Positions 11,639-25,771 of a DNA stretch of 64,000 bases are shown here, piece by piece. The DNA is from Eledone cirrhosa (lineage: Eukaryota): the NCBI GenBank assembly GCA_964016885.1, contig OZ024740.1, forward strand, positions 190,898,001 to 190,962,000. Reading direction: 5' to 3'. Below the pieces are notes generated by a model. That model had not been told where the DNA came from, searched no databases, and saw nothing but the letters and a program-made list of their open reading frames with translations. A program made the translations under genes and the position numbers. How positions within the stretch are numbered: the first letter of the stretch is position 1; every line of letters begins with the position of its first letter.

Positions 11639-11814
11639 TTTGTGTTTGTGTGTGTGTATGTGTGTGTGTATGAGTGTGTGTGTTGTGCGTGTTTTCATAT
11701 ATATTAATAATACAGGAAACACACATGATCTGTTAGTTTCACGCTTCTGGGAAATAGAGTTAAACAGTTAACATCGGGAAAATATATATATATATACATA
11801 CAGGTGAGTTAAAT

Positions 11815-11883
<69 letters not shown>

Positions 11884-12651
11884 GATTTTACTCACATGGG
11901 ATTTTGAGAAATATATATATATATATATCTGCATTCATCTCACAGGGGAATTTGCGAAATAAGTTTATTGAATGAGAGATTGTATCGTGGTGCAAATATA
12001 GCTTCATTTTCATTCATTTCTAAGCGTCTATTCATTCAAAATTTCATTTTTGTTTTAATCATCACTTTCTACTCTAACCGAGATTTTTAGGCTTTCCAGA
12101 ATCTTTGTATTTAATCATTAATTATTGTGATTACTCCAATTACTATAAAATCATCGTGTATAGTTGTTACACATTAAGTGTTCCTTAAGTTTTAGATATA
12201 TCAACATATGGAAATACTGGTATTTTTATGTCGATTAATAAACAAATCTTAGGTCTCCATATTAGGATTTCATCGCAAAGTGTCTTTTCTCATATGCGAC
12301 AATCGTCAACCAGCGACAATCGTCATTAAAACAGGCGGAGGTTTTTCTGATATATGAGGTGGATTTGCCAGGTTCCTACATAATCGATTACTTAAAAGAT
12401 TAATTGTTTATATCCCGGCCCCTTTTACATTGATATAAATTCCAGAGTTATAGATTTACTTTTCTCTCATAAGTTTTGTTTTATAATGTAATGCGGAAGA
12501 CTGGTGTAATGGCAACATTATTAGAAAGTAGGAACAGAATACTGGTATCGCTTTTCGCTAATCTAATAGCATTGTATACATTACCTTATGAAATATTATG
12601 TTTAATGTTATAACTAAATTGTTTATTTCATATAATTACAAAGACTATTCA

Positions 12652-12900
12652 GTCATAGTGGTAAGGGAGTTGAATGTACTATCATAATGTCGTAGGTTCG
12701 AATTGTGTTCTTCAGCAAAACAGTTTTAAGTTGCACGAGTATATTCAACTGAAAGAATCAGCAACAGCTGTTGTTTTAACTCTGCGATAGGTCTGGTACC
12801 ATGTTCAGAAGTATGTCATCTACTCTCAGTCGCTTCAAGCCAAATAAGCCGCGATAAGCACCGTTTTAATGGCCGTCAGGCGTGAGGCAGTCATACACTA
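12652..12900 (+). mobile_element. Degenerate tRNA-derived SINE (family B)
   Basis: TAGTGGTAAG...GGTTCGAAT A/B boxes followed by TGTGTTCTTCAGCAAAACA, which resembles the copy at 39355. Confidence 0.55.
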
Positions 12901-13070
12901 TTCTCTTTACAAAGTTTTCGCTTAATAAGTTGGAAACTTATAAGTAATCATCTTACGTATTACATTATACCGTCTACGCACTCACACACGTATATATAGA
13001 TATATCTAATTTCTTTGTTTACCAACATCATCAATATCATGTTGCATATGAATATGTTTATGTATAAGAA

Positions 13071-13283
13071 TGGTTTCTTATTTAGGCATAAGGCCAGCAA
13101 TTTTGGTGGAGGGAAAAGTCGATTAAAACGACCTCTGTGCGTGACTGGTACTATATTTTATCGACCCCGTAAGGATGAAAGGCAAAGTTAACATCGGTGG
13201 GATTTGAACTCCGATCACAAAGGGCCGTAATTCTGTGCTGCAAAGCATGGCATCCGACCCTCTACCACTAAGGCCAATCTACC
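13071..13283 (-). mobile_element. tRNA-derived SINE (family A)
   Basis: Reverse complement of family A. 15-bp TSD GTTTATGTATAAGAA at 13056-13070 and 13284-13298. Confidence 0.9.
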
Positions 13284-15371
13284 GTTTATGTATAAGAACA
13301 AAACACGTTTTTGATATGTTCACATTGCTACTGAAACAATTGTGAGGTGATCACAGATTAGAATATTCATAGTAAGACCATTGTTCATGTATTGTACATA
13401 AACATATCGTATATGCCTTCATAAATACTTATATTATGGTAGTGATGCCGCAATTAAATATCACAATACAAACCTAAATGCAAGTTATTGGTTCTGTGAA
13501 TAGCAACTACTTTGGCAGGACTTTATTGACTATCTGTCTTAATTCATATATGTTTAGTTATTACCAAAATATTACATAAATATATAATCGTGATAAATGT
13601 TTGCAATGGAACTAAACTCATTTAAAATCCAATGTATTTAACTTCACACGACAAATTTAAAAACACTATTTTTCGGGAACAATTATTTTTTGTTTTATGA
13701 TTTGTGAAGTCGTTGAAGCTGAAAGAAAAAAAGCAAACAAATCGTGGTTGTTCAATGTAACTGTTGGCTATATGGAAATGTTACTTAACACGTTATTATA
13801 AATGGTCACGAAAATAGCTGCAAGCGCTTACACAATAATAAATAATTTTAACCAGCTATGAAGGGGATTTACATATTACAGTGTGAACAATATTCACAGT
13901 GAATATTTTAATTAATTTCTTTTATTCTAAAAATATTAAATATTCTAATTATTTACACAATTTCTTGAAAAGATTAAAATTAATAATTTCCTCAATTATA
14001 CGTTTCCAGTTCCAGTAAATTATATTTGATTTGAAATAGATTTGAACAATATAAAATTCATATATGTGATAATCACCAAACATTGAATGTGCTTGTATTT
14101 GAATACAGATAAGATGAGAGAACTCATCGATAGAGCAGTCGTTAAATCAGATAAATGCTGTCAAAGATACTCTCGCCTCCTATGATTAGCTTTCTATTTA
14201 GGACAGACACCACTGCGTGAGGTCCACGATCCCATTATTTTATCTTATTTGTTTATTTTTCAGCCTTATTGTTGTGATGCCTTCTTTATCACAAACACGT
14301 CAAACCAACAGGAATATTTATTTTTCTGTTGCACGATGGAATATTTAAAATGGTACTCTCAATTAAATCATGCGAAAGCATTTTGTTGGTTTGAGAAATG
14401 ATGCGAGTGAAGATGTGTCTGTGTAAACTTGTCTTGTACATCGCACCTCATTATTTTCTTCTTACAGACAGCACACATTTACTTGTCTTCCTCATACTTT
14501 TATCTTTTCTGTATTCCATCGCCCTATTTCATTTCTGTGAGTCTCAGAATATATTGTGCATGGGCATAATTATAAGGGAACACTTTTATCTTTATATGTG
14601 CATGAAGATTTATCTCAATAAGCAGGTATTATAACAGTCTCTTACATAATCTTACACTTTCAAATGGTATCATGTTTTGTATGAGTTTTCTATTTCTTTG
14701 GTAGGAACGAGCTTTAGAGGTTCTACAAGATTTAGAATGCCAATGAGACGATGTAGCTTAAACAAGATTCTGCTACCTTGAAAACACAAAAATAATATTT
14801 ACTCGTGATTATCTACCCAGCCCTTTTTAATTGTTTCAGTTTAATATTTTGACGAATCTATTCTGCTATTGATAAGAAACCACGTACCTTAGTCAGCATT
14901 GTAAGATGTATTAATGCATTCAAGTAATGTAATTCTTCATCACCAAACATTTAATAAGATGTTTTTTCGCTACGTGGTTTTATAAAATCAGATTAAGTGA
15001 GTAATACAGTGAGGCCCGAAAGTCACTAGACAATTAGGAGTACAATTGTTATTTATAAAATAATGAATAATAATATTTAATAGTAGAAAGTATATTCTAT
15101 TTTCGAATGGTCTAGTTCCATTTGAGTGACACTGCTTAAACTAGAAATACTGGATTGCCCATCAAGACACAACTGAAAGAATGTTGCCATAGGGAGTTAA
15201 ATTTCAGCATGACTTTTAAATATGTCATATGTATAAACACATTATCAGCTGAATGTTCACTTCGGTTCAAATAATTATATATCTCCTTCTCAAGGAAGCT
15301 TAATAGAAAGTAGGTTAACATTTGAATAATTCCATGACAGAACATTGACATTATTATTTATGTTTCAGATT

Positions 15372-15558
15372 GACGGTGGATTGGCAGCATCGGTAGAGAG
15401 TCGGACGCAATGCTTTGACGCATAGAATTACGGCCCTTTCCATCCTGAGTTCAAATCCCGCCAAGGTTGACTTTGCCTTTCATCTTTACGGGGTCGATAA
15501 AATAACGTACCAGTAATGCACTGAGGTAATTGCTGGCCTTGTGCCAAAAGCAGAGACA
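15372..15558 (+). mobile_element. tRNA-derived SINE (family A)
   Basis: Family A sequence. 19-bp TSD ATTATTTATGTTTC(A/T)GATT at 15353-15371 and 15559-15577. Confidence 0.92.
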
Positions 15559-16101
15559 ATTATTTATGTTTCTGATTAAATGTTATATATATTTTGTAAA
15601 AAAACCACCAGCTAAAGAAATGCATTTAAAATTATTATTTTGGTACGAGGAAATTATTATTTTGTCCGAGGAAATTTCAATTCAGAGCGCCTGCATAATT
15701 ATAACCAGATCGTTGCAGCAAATTACAAAATCATGTAGTCCCTCTATTTTGTAATTCAGATAGGAATTGTCAACACAAATAAATCAGAAAATAACTGTTA
15801 AATAACTGTTAAATTCCACCCAAAGCGTAGATTGAATAATACATATCTTGATATACAATTCAACGAAGTTAACGGCCCTACACAATGTGACTTCCCCGTG
15901 CATGATAGGTGTTCAGATCTATTGATTTCATATACCTCTCGTATACGAAGTTGAAAGAAAACACGGCACGGTCATCCTCTTCCCCTCGAGAGAGGGGAAC
16001 GTACTCCATACAGTAGGCCTTTTGGAGCATCTGCTCCAGCATAAGACATATACATGTATGTGTTCATACATATAAATACACGCACACACACACACACACA
16101 T

Positions 16102-16203
<102 letters not shown>

Positions 16204-16379
16204 ATTAAGGCTAAATAGTTGTATCGTTAATCTTGAGTTTCGCCAGTATATAGCAGAGTCATCATAAAAGTACTGTATATACATTTATATACATATGCAC
16301 TGTCAATGTATAGTCCTACATGATGGCAAATGAAAACGCCCTTCACCGCACCACGAATGGTTAGTTAGAAGATCAGAGA

Positions 16380-16700
16380 CATTCCCATTAGCCCAACAGT
16401 GTAATACCCTGGCTCTGATATGCCAGGCACAGATTACCTCCACCGATATGGACCAGCAAACTGGAGCCTGGACCTATGTAGGTATGTCCGTGAACTGTCG
16501 TAAGCATTGGTACACGAAACAACCTTCAGGAATCCTGAGGAAAAACACGCCAATCAGCTTGCAAATCATGTATTGTGCCTCAAGAATAACGGCACACCTT
16601 TTTCACGCAAATGGAATATATTAAAAAGATCTACTACTTATGTTAATGAGACGAAAAATTAGCTGCTGTTCTCATGAAATTAGTATATTCTGAGTAAATG
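16380..16700 (+). pseudogene. Decayed Penelope-like GIY-YIG endonuclease fragment
   Basis: Frame pieces PLAQQCNTLALICQAQIT, TYVGMS and LANHVLCLKNNGTPFSRKWNILKRS parallel the GIY-YIG region at 22940-23200. Confidence 0.65.
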
Positions 16701-17284
16701 GCTTCGACCACACTAACAGGTCTAAGAGTATACTTTGACTTACTGACTATTTTTAATATCAATGAATGTGGATTTTTGAATCAGCTGGAAAATATATATA
16801 TATTTTTGTTTGCAATGTTGACAGTGGTCTTGCAATAGGTGCCTCACTTGATCTCACCTTCTTTGCTTTTACATATTAGATACTTTTTAAACTAATTTCT
16901 AAATTATCTGCCTTCGTTTAAACTCTCAACAGATATTTCTGAAAAGAAATCACGTTCAACGTCCAGCGACAAACTTTAATTTTAATTTTCTTATGACTGG
17001 CTGATTGAGTTACTGCCAAGACCCAACGAATTTTAAGTCACTTAACGGATGTTATAATACGAGATATGAAATATGTTGATGAAGCAGTGTAATAGTAACA
17101 CACAGCTAACAATCGGATATATTGCTTAGGAAGTATCAAAGTGAAGAAACAAAAAAAAAATAATTGTTCGGAGTAACCTATGAATGAGGGTCTTTTAATA
17201 TAAGAGGAATATAATTAATCCGTTTAGCGTTATGCAATATTATTCCAGCTCTCGGTCTTACGTCAAGTCCTATAAAAAAGCACC

Positions 17285-17785
17285 ATCGAATTAAAATGTT
17301 CACTCCGACATAGCCATATATATATACAAATACGTCTATTTCGTATATTTAATCATATTCGGTATGCTTACGAACGAATATTTGGAAAGCTTCCTATCTA
17401 TGAATATCGAAAAGCTCACAGGTTGTGCTGTCTAGCAAAATCCAACAGACGTAGCGGGGAAAAGCTCTCAATTGATTCCTGACTCTGGCCTTCCTCAGGA
17501 CAGTAGGTACCCTGGAATTTGAAATAGTCGTAAATACAACGTTTTTTCGCACATGTAGATGGGCTGATTAGCTTTATTTGCATATGTAGCTGTTCCTACC
17601 GGCTCAGGTTGAAAGTAGAATTAAAGTTGTCGATCCGACATAGCTGTATCTATATACGTACGTGAATATCGTATATCTCATTATATACGATATGTTTACA
17701 AATTACATATAAGTATGTTGATTTCGTATATGTAATTATATGCGCTATGTTTAGAAACAAACATTTGGAAAGCTATCTAGCGAAT
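17285..17785. repeat. Degenerate tandem duplication (~330-380 bp period)
   Basis: GAATTAAA...TCCGACATAGC occurs at ~17288 and ~17618, and ATTTGGAAAGCT at ~17380 and ~17763. Confidence 0.6.
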
Positions 17786-19312
17786 TCTGAAACATAAGTT
17801 TATGGCACAGTATTTGTTTAACTAATACAATATTGAGAATGATTGTGTTTTTACGAGGTTCATCTGCTTAGTTCAAATGATATAGTAATTTAGATTTAAT
17901 TTTAATCATGTTAAGATTTTTACTTGTTTGAAGTGTTATAATTTAGTTAATATACTTTACGTAGGTCTTAGTTTCAGGTTTTATTGATTGAATATTAAGC
18001 ATTATGGTGGTTGCTGTCTCGTAGTGGATATTTTAAAACTATGTTTCGTTGTCCCTCAATAATTGTGTTTTATATGATATGTGGGGCGTAAACGTTAATT
18101 CATTTGCTTATTCTACTGTTGCTTGGAGTATATAAATAAAATTCCTACAATTGAAATAGAAGCAACCATGTAGAAAATAGAGAGGCAAATGCAAAAAGGA
18201 AAACAAAATGACTGAACAGGATTGATTATTAAAAGAAATGCGTTTGTGAAAATATAAACAAATATTGTTTCTCCTGAGATCAATCATCAAAAAAACATAT
18301 TGTGATTTCTCGGCCTTGTTTATATATGGTCCTTAAGTGAGTTAAATTGTTAATGTAAGGTGTTCAATTTGTAAAGGGATGAATTATTACACTAAAGACA
18401 ATGGTATTCATATTATTTTGGCTTTGACACTCCACAATCAATTTACGATATATTTAACTATATATATTTAAATACGCTTCTATATAAACATATTTTGTTG
18501 TTTATGGATTTGTAAAATAGATGGTATAATTGTGTACATGTTAATCAAAAAAGATCAACTAATTTATTGGTATGTGCATAATAATGATATACTTAATTTG
18601 CGCACATACATGATTACACACACCCACATGCACACATATATTTATATATGTGATCAAATGAATTATTTTTATAAATCTACTATAACCGACTTCATCTCAC
18701 TTTCCTCTCGATGTCGTTAAGAATATAGAATTAAATCAACTGCAAATAAATTCTAACATATGGTTAGTGTACATACACCGCTCCTCTGTAAGGAACTCAT
18801 CCCCGATAAGGCTCTACTAATGAAAAACACTACAGGGTGTGTCAGGCATGTATCTATATGTCTTTCAAGATTTACTAAGAGATAGCAGAAGTGAGATCCC
18901 AGGAAGACTTAGGTAGAATGGAATATGACTCAGTGATCATATACGTATACTTGCCAAATTACCTATCAAACAATTGCACATCGCTTTAAAGAGTACGTAT
19001 TTTACAATATATCATATTATATATGTTGAAAATTCTACAGACCCAAACATGTTCGAAAAGTGTCCATCGTCATCATTCATAAGAAAGCATGTTTTGTTAG
19101 AAATAGGTGAGGAGATCATGCAAAATATCATAACACATTCAATATCACAATACGGAATATTAAAGAGCTGAGTATTAAAGATAATACAAGCCGAAATACA
19201 TTCAAAAATATACAATTGAATCCCGAATGAATAAACACACAAATGAACACACACATGTCCATATATATATATAAATGACAATTTCGCTGATGTTTGCATG
19301 TGGGAGAAATAA

Positions 19313-19702
19313 GTGTTTCTACATTTGGCACAAGGCCATCAATTACCCAGCACATTACTGGTACTTTATGTTATCAACCCCGTAAGGATGAAAGGCAAAG
19401 TTAACCTCGGCGGGATTTGAACTTAGATCGTAAAGGGACGTAACTATGCTGGAAAACATGGCGTCCGCCTCTCCACCAATACTGCCAATCCACCGCCCTA
19501 AATATGGGAAAAATAATTGTTTCTAGTTTTGGCACAAGGCCAGCAATTATCTCAGTGTATTACTGGTACTTTATTTTATCGACCCCGTTAGGATGAAAGG
19601 CAAAGTTAACCTCAGCAGGATTTGAACTCAATCCGTAAAGGGACGTAACTGTGCTGCAAAGCAAGGCGTCCGACCCTCTACCGATACTGCCAATCCACCG
19701 CC
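19313..19702 (-). mobile_element. Two tandem family-A SINEs (19313-19497 and 19517-19702)
   Basis: Two full reverse-complement copies. Target TGTGGGAGAAATAA at 19299 and 19703, with a variant TATGGGAAAAATAA between the copies. Confidence 0.9.
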
Positions 19703-20645
19703 TGTGGGAGAAATAATGCAGATATTTCATATATAATTTGACGTGCTATAATTTGATGGTCACTGACATTGTTTTCTGGTTTTATTAGACATTCATCCTT
19801 ATAGAGCTATATACGCATCGATATATTAACGCACACATACACTCTCAAACACAGACAAACATGCTAAAGTAGACACATATATACACGCCAATGTGGATGT
19901 GGAATCCAATATATCTATGTAAGGATTGTTATTGTATGCTAATTTGTTCGATATGTGAGTAATGGTTAAATAGGTCATATACATTTAGCTAAGAAAATAC
20001 ATAAGGGATGACTTGAATAAATGAAATTCAATAACGATTGTTGCACTGATCATTAAATCCTCCAAACGTTATAGACTTAATTTGCTTTATTCCTTTTTCA
20101 CACATTTAGTTACAGGTATAAATTGATTCCACGGGCTTATATAATTACAGTATGGATCTACAAACACCTCAGTCCTTGATCTCACTATGGACGCACATTT
20201 GAAATATGTATATAATTATAAAGATAGTTATCAATATCGTATACATAAAAGCTCTTATGTTGAATTATGTTTATGCAGCCTACATTTGGTGATCGGATAA
20301 CAGTTATCTGCTATGGCTTCCGTTGTGAGATTAAATCTGTCTTCTTTGATATACTGTGAACAGAATACATTTATTTAACGTAAATGGAATGCTAAATTTA
20401 TGCGTTTCACTATATAATTTCTTCTTTCTAGTTCCCAGTTCACTCCCATCGACTAGACCATGAATAAGGGCACAACAAAAAGTATCTAGATGTTAGGATT
20501 CATTGAAAATGTTAGGCAGTGCTTCGTGTACATAACGCATATCATAGAGTGGGATTGACAGTTTCAGTAGAGGTTTCAAAAATATGCTATGTGGCATATA
20601 CTAAAATAAAACAATATCAAGTCTGTCTATATAACCTATTTCGAT

Positions 20646-20699
<54 letters not shown>

Positions 20700-20713
20700 G
20701 GATCGAAATAGGT

Positions 20714-20850
20714 TCTAGTCTTCCTCCGGTTGCAACGTTTTTTTAAATATTCACTACTGCGTCCACAGATGACTGATTCTGTTAGTTTCAGAAGATCCCG
20801 TTAAGGGTGAAAGCACCGATTATTTACTTAAACTTTAATCTGATATTTGA

Positions 20851-20856
<6 letters not shown>
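20714..20856 (+). repeat. Solo Naiad-2 pLTR copy with variant hammerhead at 20784-20834
   Basis: Matches ~24230-24368. AGTTT-CAGAAGA-TCCC-GTTAA-GGGT-GAAA-GCA...TAC-TT-AAACT. Confidence 0.8.
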
Positions 20857-20902
<46 letters not shown>

Positions 20903-21139
20903 ACGTGTGTGTGTGTGTGTGTGTGTGCGTGTATGTATGTATAATATACAAGATTGTTTCTCCATTACTATATCTAATACTGACGGTGATTCCTCCACTA
21001 TGTATCCTTTTCACTCACTCTCTCTGCACTGGAGGAAAACTGGTGTAGTTAAACATGGAGAGGAATTAGGGCTACCAGGTTTTACCATACTGTAAAATGA
21101 TATATGACAATACGGTTCCAATATGATTATCTCAGGGTT

Positions 21140-21184
<45 letters not shown>

Positions 21185-21440
21185 TAAAATAACAGATTAA
21201 AGTTTAAGCAAAGAATCGCTGGGTTCACTCTTAACGGGATCAGAATATCCCGTTAAGGGTGAAAGCACCGATTCTTTGCTTAAACTTTAATCTGTTATTT
21301 TAATAAATATTTGCTCTGCGTTTCTTATATATTTGATATATATTTATCCTTATCGAGCCCTCTTTGGATTTTAGTCTTCAAATTTATTATTATTACTATT
21401 TGGCTCCCTCGGTTGTGCACTCTTCTGACTTATATTCATC

Positions 21441-23340
21441 ATGCAGAAACAACATCTGAATATTTCTACAAAGAACATACCCGTACCAAGCAGGAAAACA
21501 TACCTAAAACTCCTGATAAAGAAAACAGACGCGTTCATGAAAAGGTTGCGTTGGCGTGCCTTTTATTTCGATAATCCGCGTAAAGCAGACAACAAGGGGA
21601 TAAATTTGGATTTGAAACCTATAATAACCCCCGGTGTAACCCAGCATTGCTACCCTTCGAAAATGATGTCTTGGAATTCATTCGGAGTATCAAATTTCGG
21701 AATAGGAGCAATTCCTTCCAGCAAGACCTGAAGAATAGAATTCGTTCTATTAAGGATTCTAATGCCGTGCACGTCCATTCCGACAAAACTGGCAACCTAT
21801 ATGAAGTGGAGCGCAGTACTTACCATCAACTACTACATAATGCTGTAACTAAGGATTACCGTAAAACTAATCGGTGCGTCATCAATGAAATCAACGATGC
21901 TGGGTTTAAAATCACATCTGATCTCAACATCCTGGACCGGACCGAACCTCTGGACCCTATTTCTCCCCACTTTACCCTGAAGGATCACAAATCCAATTTT
22001 CGGAACAACCCCTCTATTCGGCTTATTAACCCTACGAAGTCCGATTTAGGTAGACTTAGTAAAACGATTCTTGATATAATTATACCTAAAATTTGAAGTT
22101 TGGCCCCTCTTCCACTGTGGAACAATTCTTTCGCGGTGATTGATTGGTTCAACGGCATATGTAACAAGGAACATTGCCGATTATCCAATTCGACATCAAC
22201 AATTACTACTCCTCCATCACTTTACCACTTCTTCTTAAAGCCATCAATTTCGCTAAAACACTCACAGGGGTTAAGGATTTCGAAGTTGATGTCATCCCCA
22301 ATGCCCGAAAATCGGTGATTAATTTCGACGACATATTTGGATTAAAAAATCCAATAGTAACCCATTCGACGTGAGTATGGGCGCCAGTGATTCTGCGGAG
22401 GTTACTGATCTTATCGGCCTTTTCCTTCTTTTCTCTATCAAGGACGAATTCCACAACGCGGGCGGTGGTTTGTACCGTGACGATGGTCTTTTGACCATGA
22501 CTAAGTGCGAACCTCGTGCTTGCAACAGGTTCAGAAAAGAACTCACAGCCTTCTTTAAAGGCTTCAACCTCTCGATACAGGTTGAGGCCAATCTCTCGGT
22601 CGTTAATTACCTCGACGTTATCCTCAATTTATTGAATGGGTTGAATTACCCGTATAGAAAGCCGAATGATACGCTTAATTACATAAGTAAGCATTCCAAC
22701 CATCCTGCCAGCATAACCAAGAACCTGGTAAGAAACGTTTACGAAGCCTTATTACGAAGCATTTTCCCCCTACACATAAATATAGTAACATTTTTAATAG
22801 AAATTCTATTAAAATGTCTTACTCTACGACTCCTAATCTTGCACATAACATCACAGCTTCAAATTTAGCTAAACTACCTAGCCGTAGGAACACGTGCAAC
22901 CCTGTATTTAGTAGTAACTGTAATTGTAGGAATCGGGTTGATTGCCCCCTATCCGGGAAATGCCTCTCTAGTAACATGGTCTACAAATGTAAGGGTGAAA
23001 CACCTACGTCCCGTAGGGCCTACAGAGGGTTAACCGTCAGTAGATTCCAGCAGCGTCTTTACATGCATACCCATTCTTTTCGATACCCTCTAAGAAGGAA
23101 TATGACGTCACTTTCAGCTTATATCTGGAGACTAAAAGACAACCACACCCTATATAAGTTACAATGGGAGATCCTAGCTAGGGCTAGATCGTATAACGGA
23201 AATAAAAGACCATGTGACCTCTGCGCCGCTGAGGCCCTGTAAATACTCTACGCCACATACCACATCTTAAACAAAAAAGCTGAGGCAATTTCGGCTTGTA
23301 AACATAAATTGCACAAAACTTTCCTGTATTACAGCCCCAC
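21441..23340 (+). pseudogene. Frameshifted RT plus GIY-YIG ORF of the Naiad-like element
   Basis: STKNIPVPS..FMKRLRWRAF, SDKTGNLY, FTLKDHK..IRLINPTKSDLG, QFDINNYYSSI, MGASDSAEVTDL, LYRDDGL, NYLDV, CNCR..CPLSGKCL..VYKC, CDLC. Confidence 0.92.
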
Positions 23341-23947
23341 GTTATACCCTAACGGAAAGTACGATCGATACGTGGATATTTTACGTCTTGATGTGGTAAC
23401 TAAGTATATGTTTTGTTTATACCATAATTATTTGCATAGGTAAGTATATGTTACCTGTATGTTTTGTGAAGGTACGTATATTTTCTCGTACATATATTTG
23501 ATTGTATATGTTATGGCGTATACTTTTTTATATATTCTGGTACATATGGTTTGGTTAGAGTATACGGGAGTTTTGCGTCTGTGTGATTATGCAGGTTCGT
23601 ACGTATTTAGGGTGTGTGTATATGTGAACTTCATGTTTTGGCTGACTTACGTCTCCGAACATTTGTGTATTTACATGTAGGTATGTGTGTGTGCTTGTTA
23701 TATACGTATTTATTTATTCATATACGTTTATTTAATTATTTATTTATTTGTATACACGCATACACAGACACATATTTATATGTGCGTCGTTTTGTATACC
23801 TATGGCAAGTGTTTTCGCGTATGCTTGTGCATGTACGTATTTGCATGCGTTATGTATTTATTTAATTTCTATTACCTCTGTATTGTATTTATTTACTTTA
23901 TTCTTAACTCTGAAGCGGAGATTCATTCGGTTTCCTATTTAGAATTT

Positions 23948-24210
23948 TAGTCTACGACTTCAGCTATACCATAAACGTGGTTTTGTCTTTGCGTGCAATT
24001 GTTCTCCACGCTCCAGATATAAAGTATTATCTTCGGTTTTCCGTTCATTGCCTGAGAACCTCTCTATGAACCACCTAAGAGAACATTAGTCTACGACTTC
24101 TTTTATACCATAAACGTGGTTCTGTCTTTACGCGTAATTGTTTTTCACCGCTCCTATTAATGACGTATTATATTCGTTTTTTCCCGTTCTTTGCCAGAGA
24201 ACGTTTACAC
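23948..24210. repeat. ~140-bp tandem duplication in the Naiad-2 3' UTR
   Basis: TAGTCTACGACTTC...TACCATAAACGTGGTT occurs at 23948 and 24087. Confidence 0.8.
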
Positions 24211-24295
24211 GAACCAAAGTATCTTATTCCTGTCTTCCTCCGGCTGCAACGTTTTTTTTAAATTTCCACTTCTGCGTTTACAGATTGCCTTTGTT

Positions 24296-24346
24296 AGTTT
24301 CAGAAGATCCCGTTAAGGGTGAAAGCAGCGATTATTTGCTTAAACT
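24296..24346 (+). ncRNA. Hammerhead-like motif with U4A core variant (3' pLTR)
   Basis: AGTTT-CAGAAGA-T-CCC-GTTAA-GGG-T-GAAA-GCA-GCGATTATT-TGC-TT-AAACT. All three stems pair, and the core differs from consensus only at position 4. Confidence 0.7.
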
Positions 24347-24453
24347 TTAATATGTTATGTTAATAAATATTTTCTCTACGGTTCTTATATATTTGATATA
24401 TATTTATACTTATCGAGCCCTCTTTGGATTTTAGTCTTCAAATTTATTATTAT

Positions 24454-24516
<63 letters not shown>

Positions 24517-25771
24517 TTGTCATTGATTTCAATGTATCAATTAATTACCTGAGTATGCATGAAACCTTTCTTGCTTTTATAGGTGCTAACATTTTCTTCG
24601 TTTCACAGAAGTTATGCAACAAGCCTTTGCTGGAACTCAACACATTTACAATATCTTCATATATAAATATTTTAAAGCTGTCTTATCAGTAAAATATGAC
24701 ATACATTCATGTGGATTATATTATATACAAGCTGTAAGGGTCATTAAATAAATTAGTTATTACGAGATGTCAACAAGAATATTGAAAAAAATGATATGAC
24801 TTGATATTGTTCTAGACGAATATAGATTGTATGTGCAATTATTAATATAAAATTGGTTATGTGCATTTAAATATATTTGTTATAAACATAGGCTCTAAAT
24901 ACGTATGCATGTTTACTTTCTTTTATGTATGGAAGTATGGATGGACATATGTAGAATTATATATATGTTTATTTATTTCCGTATATAAACGAGTACACAT
25001 AAACATAACAAGTACATATAATAACCACACATACACACACACACTCAATGCCAAGAAACTGCATTTCGGATGGCAATTCGACTTATTCAGAAATATATAT
25101 TTAGTATTTCACCAGAAAGCAATTTCTAATCTACTTCTGCTAAATATTCGACTCCTATTATTTGATGTTTAACCACAAGCATGATTCTGCTGAGGATAAC
25201 TATTCTCGGCATTTCAAATATGACAATCATGAATGTTAACATAGCTAGAGTTATATGCCCTAATAGAAATAAGCTGCTATTTCTAGTTCCTACAAAGAAG
25301 CGCCATCGATGTATATTCTTGTAATTAACCAGTAATCAGTACCTAATATATAGCATGTATCACGGATTAATTTAAAACTTTATGATGCGATAATTTTAAA
25401 TAGCTCTATGTAATGAAATTTGTTTTCGTACAAAATGCTAAATGCCTTTCAGCATTTTGAATTACATGCATCCATATGCAATAACCAGATAAACAAATTC
25501 AGCTGTAGTTTTAAATGAGGCACGATATATTTCACATACATGAGATTGTATTTTCTTATTTACCGTTTAGATTTTAGCTCAGCGATTTCCGCCTTGTTTA
25601 CAAAGGTCTAACTTCTTACAATGTTGATTCATACCAGTAGTTTACTAAAGGTAGTCTGAATTTAATTAATAAAATTATTACTTGCTGACTATTAGTCTAT
25701 ATTGACCATTTATATTAGTAATGTATTTCTATCCTACACAAGTATGAACATTATTTTGTCGTGTAAATAAT

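Larger units (their letters stand above)
21181..24458 (+). mobile_element. Near full-length Penelope-like element (Naiad-like) with an inverted 5' pLTR fragment and a direct 3' pLTR
   Basis: 21181-21240 is the inverse of ~21247-21305. The 5' pLTR portion 21241-21398 is repeated at 24301-24458. Bounded by (TA)n on both sides. Confidence 0.93.

Noticed and set aside
22094-22096. In-frame TGA in the Naiad-like ORF (another near 5900 on -) as possible selenocysteine, since some Naiads encode selenoproteins
   Set aside because: Both contexts fit CGA(Arg)>TGA decay. The conserved Cys motifs use normal Cys codons, and I recognised no SECIS element.
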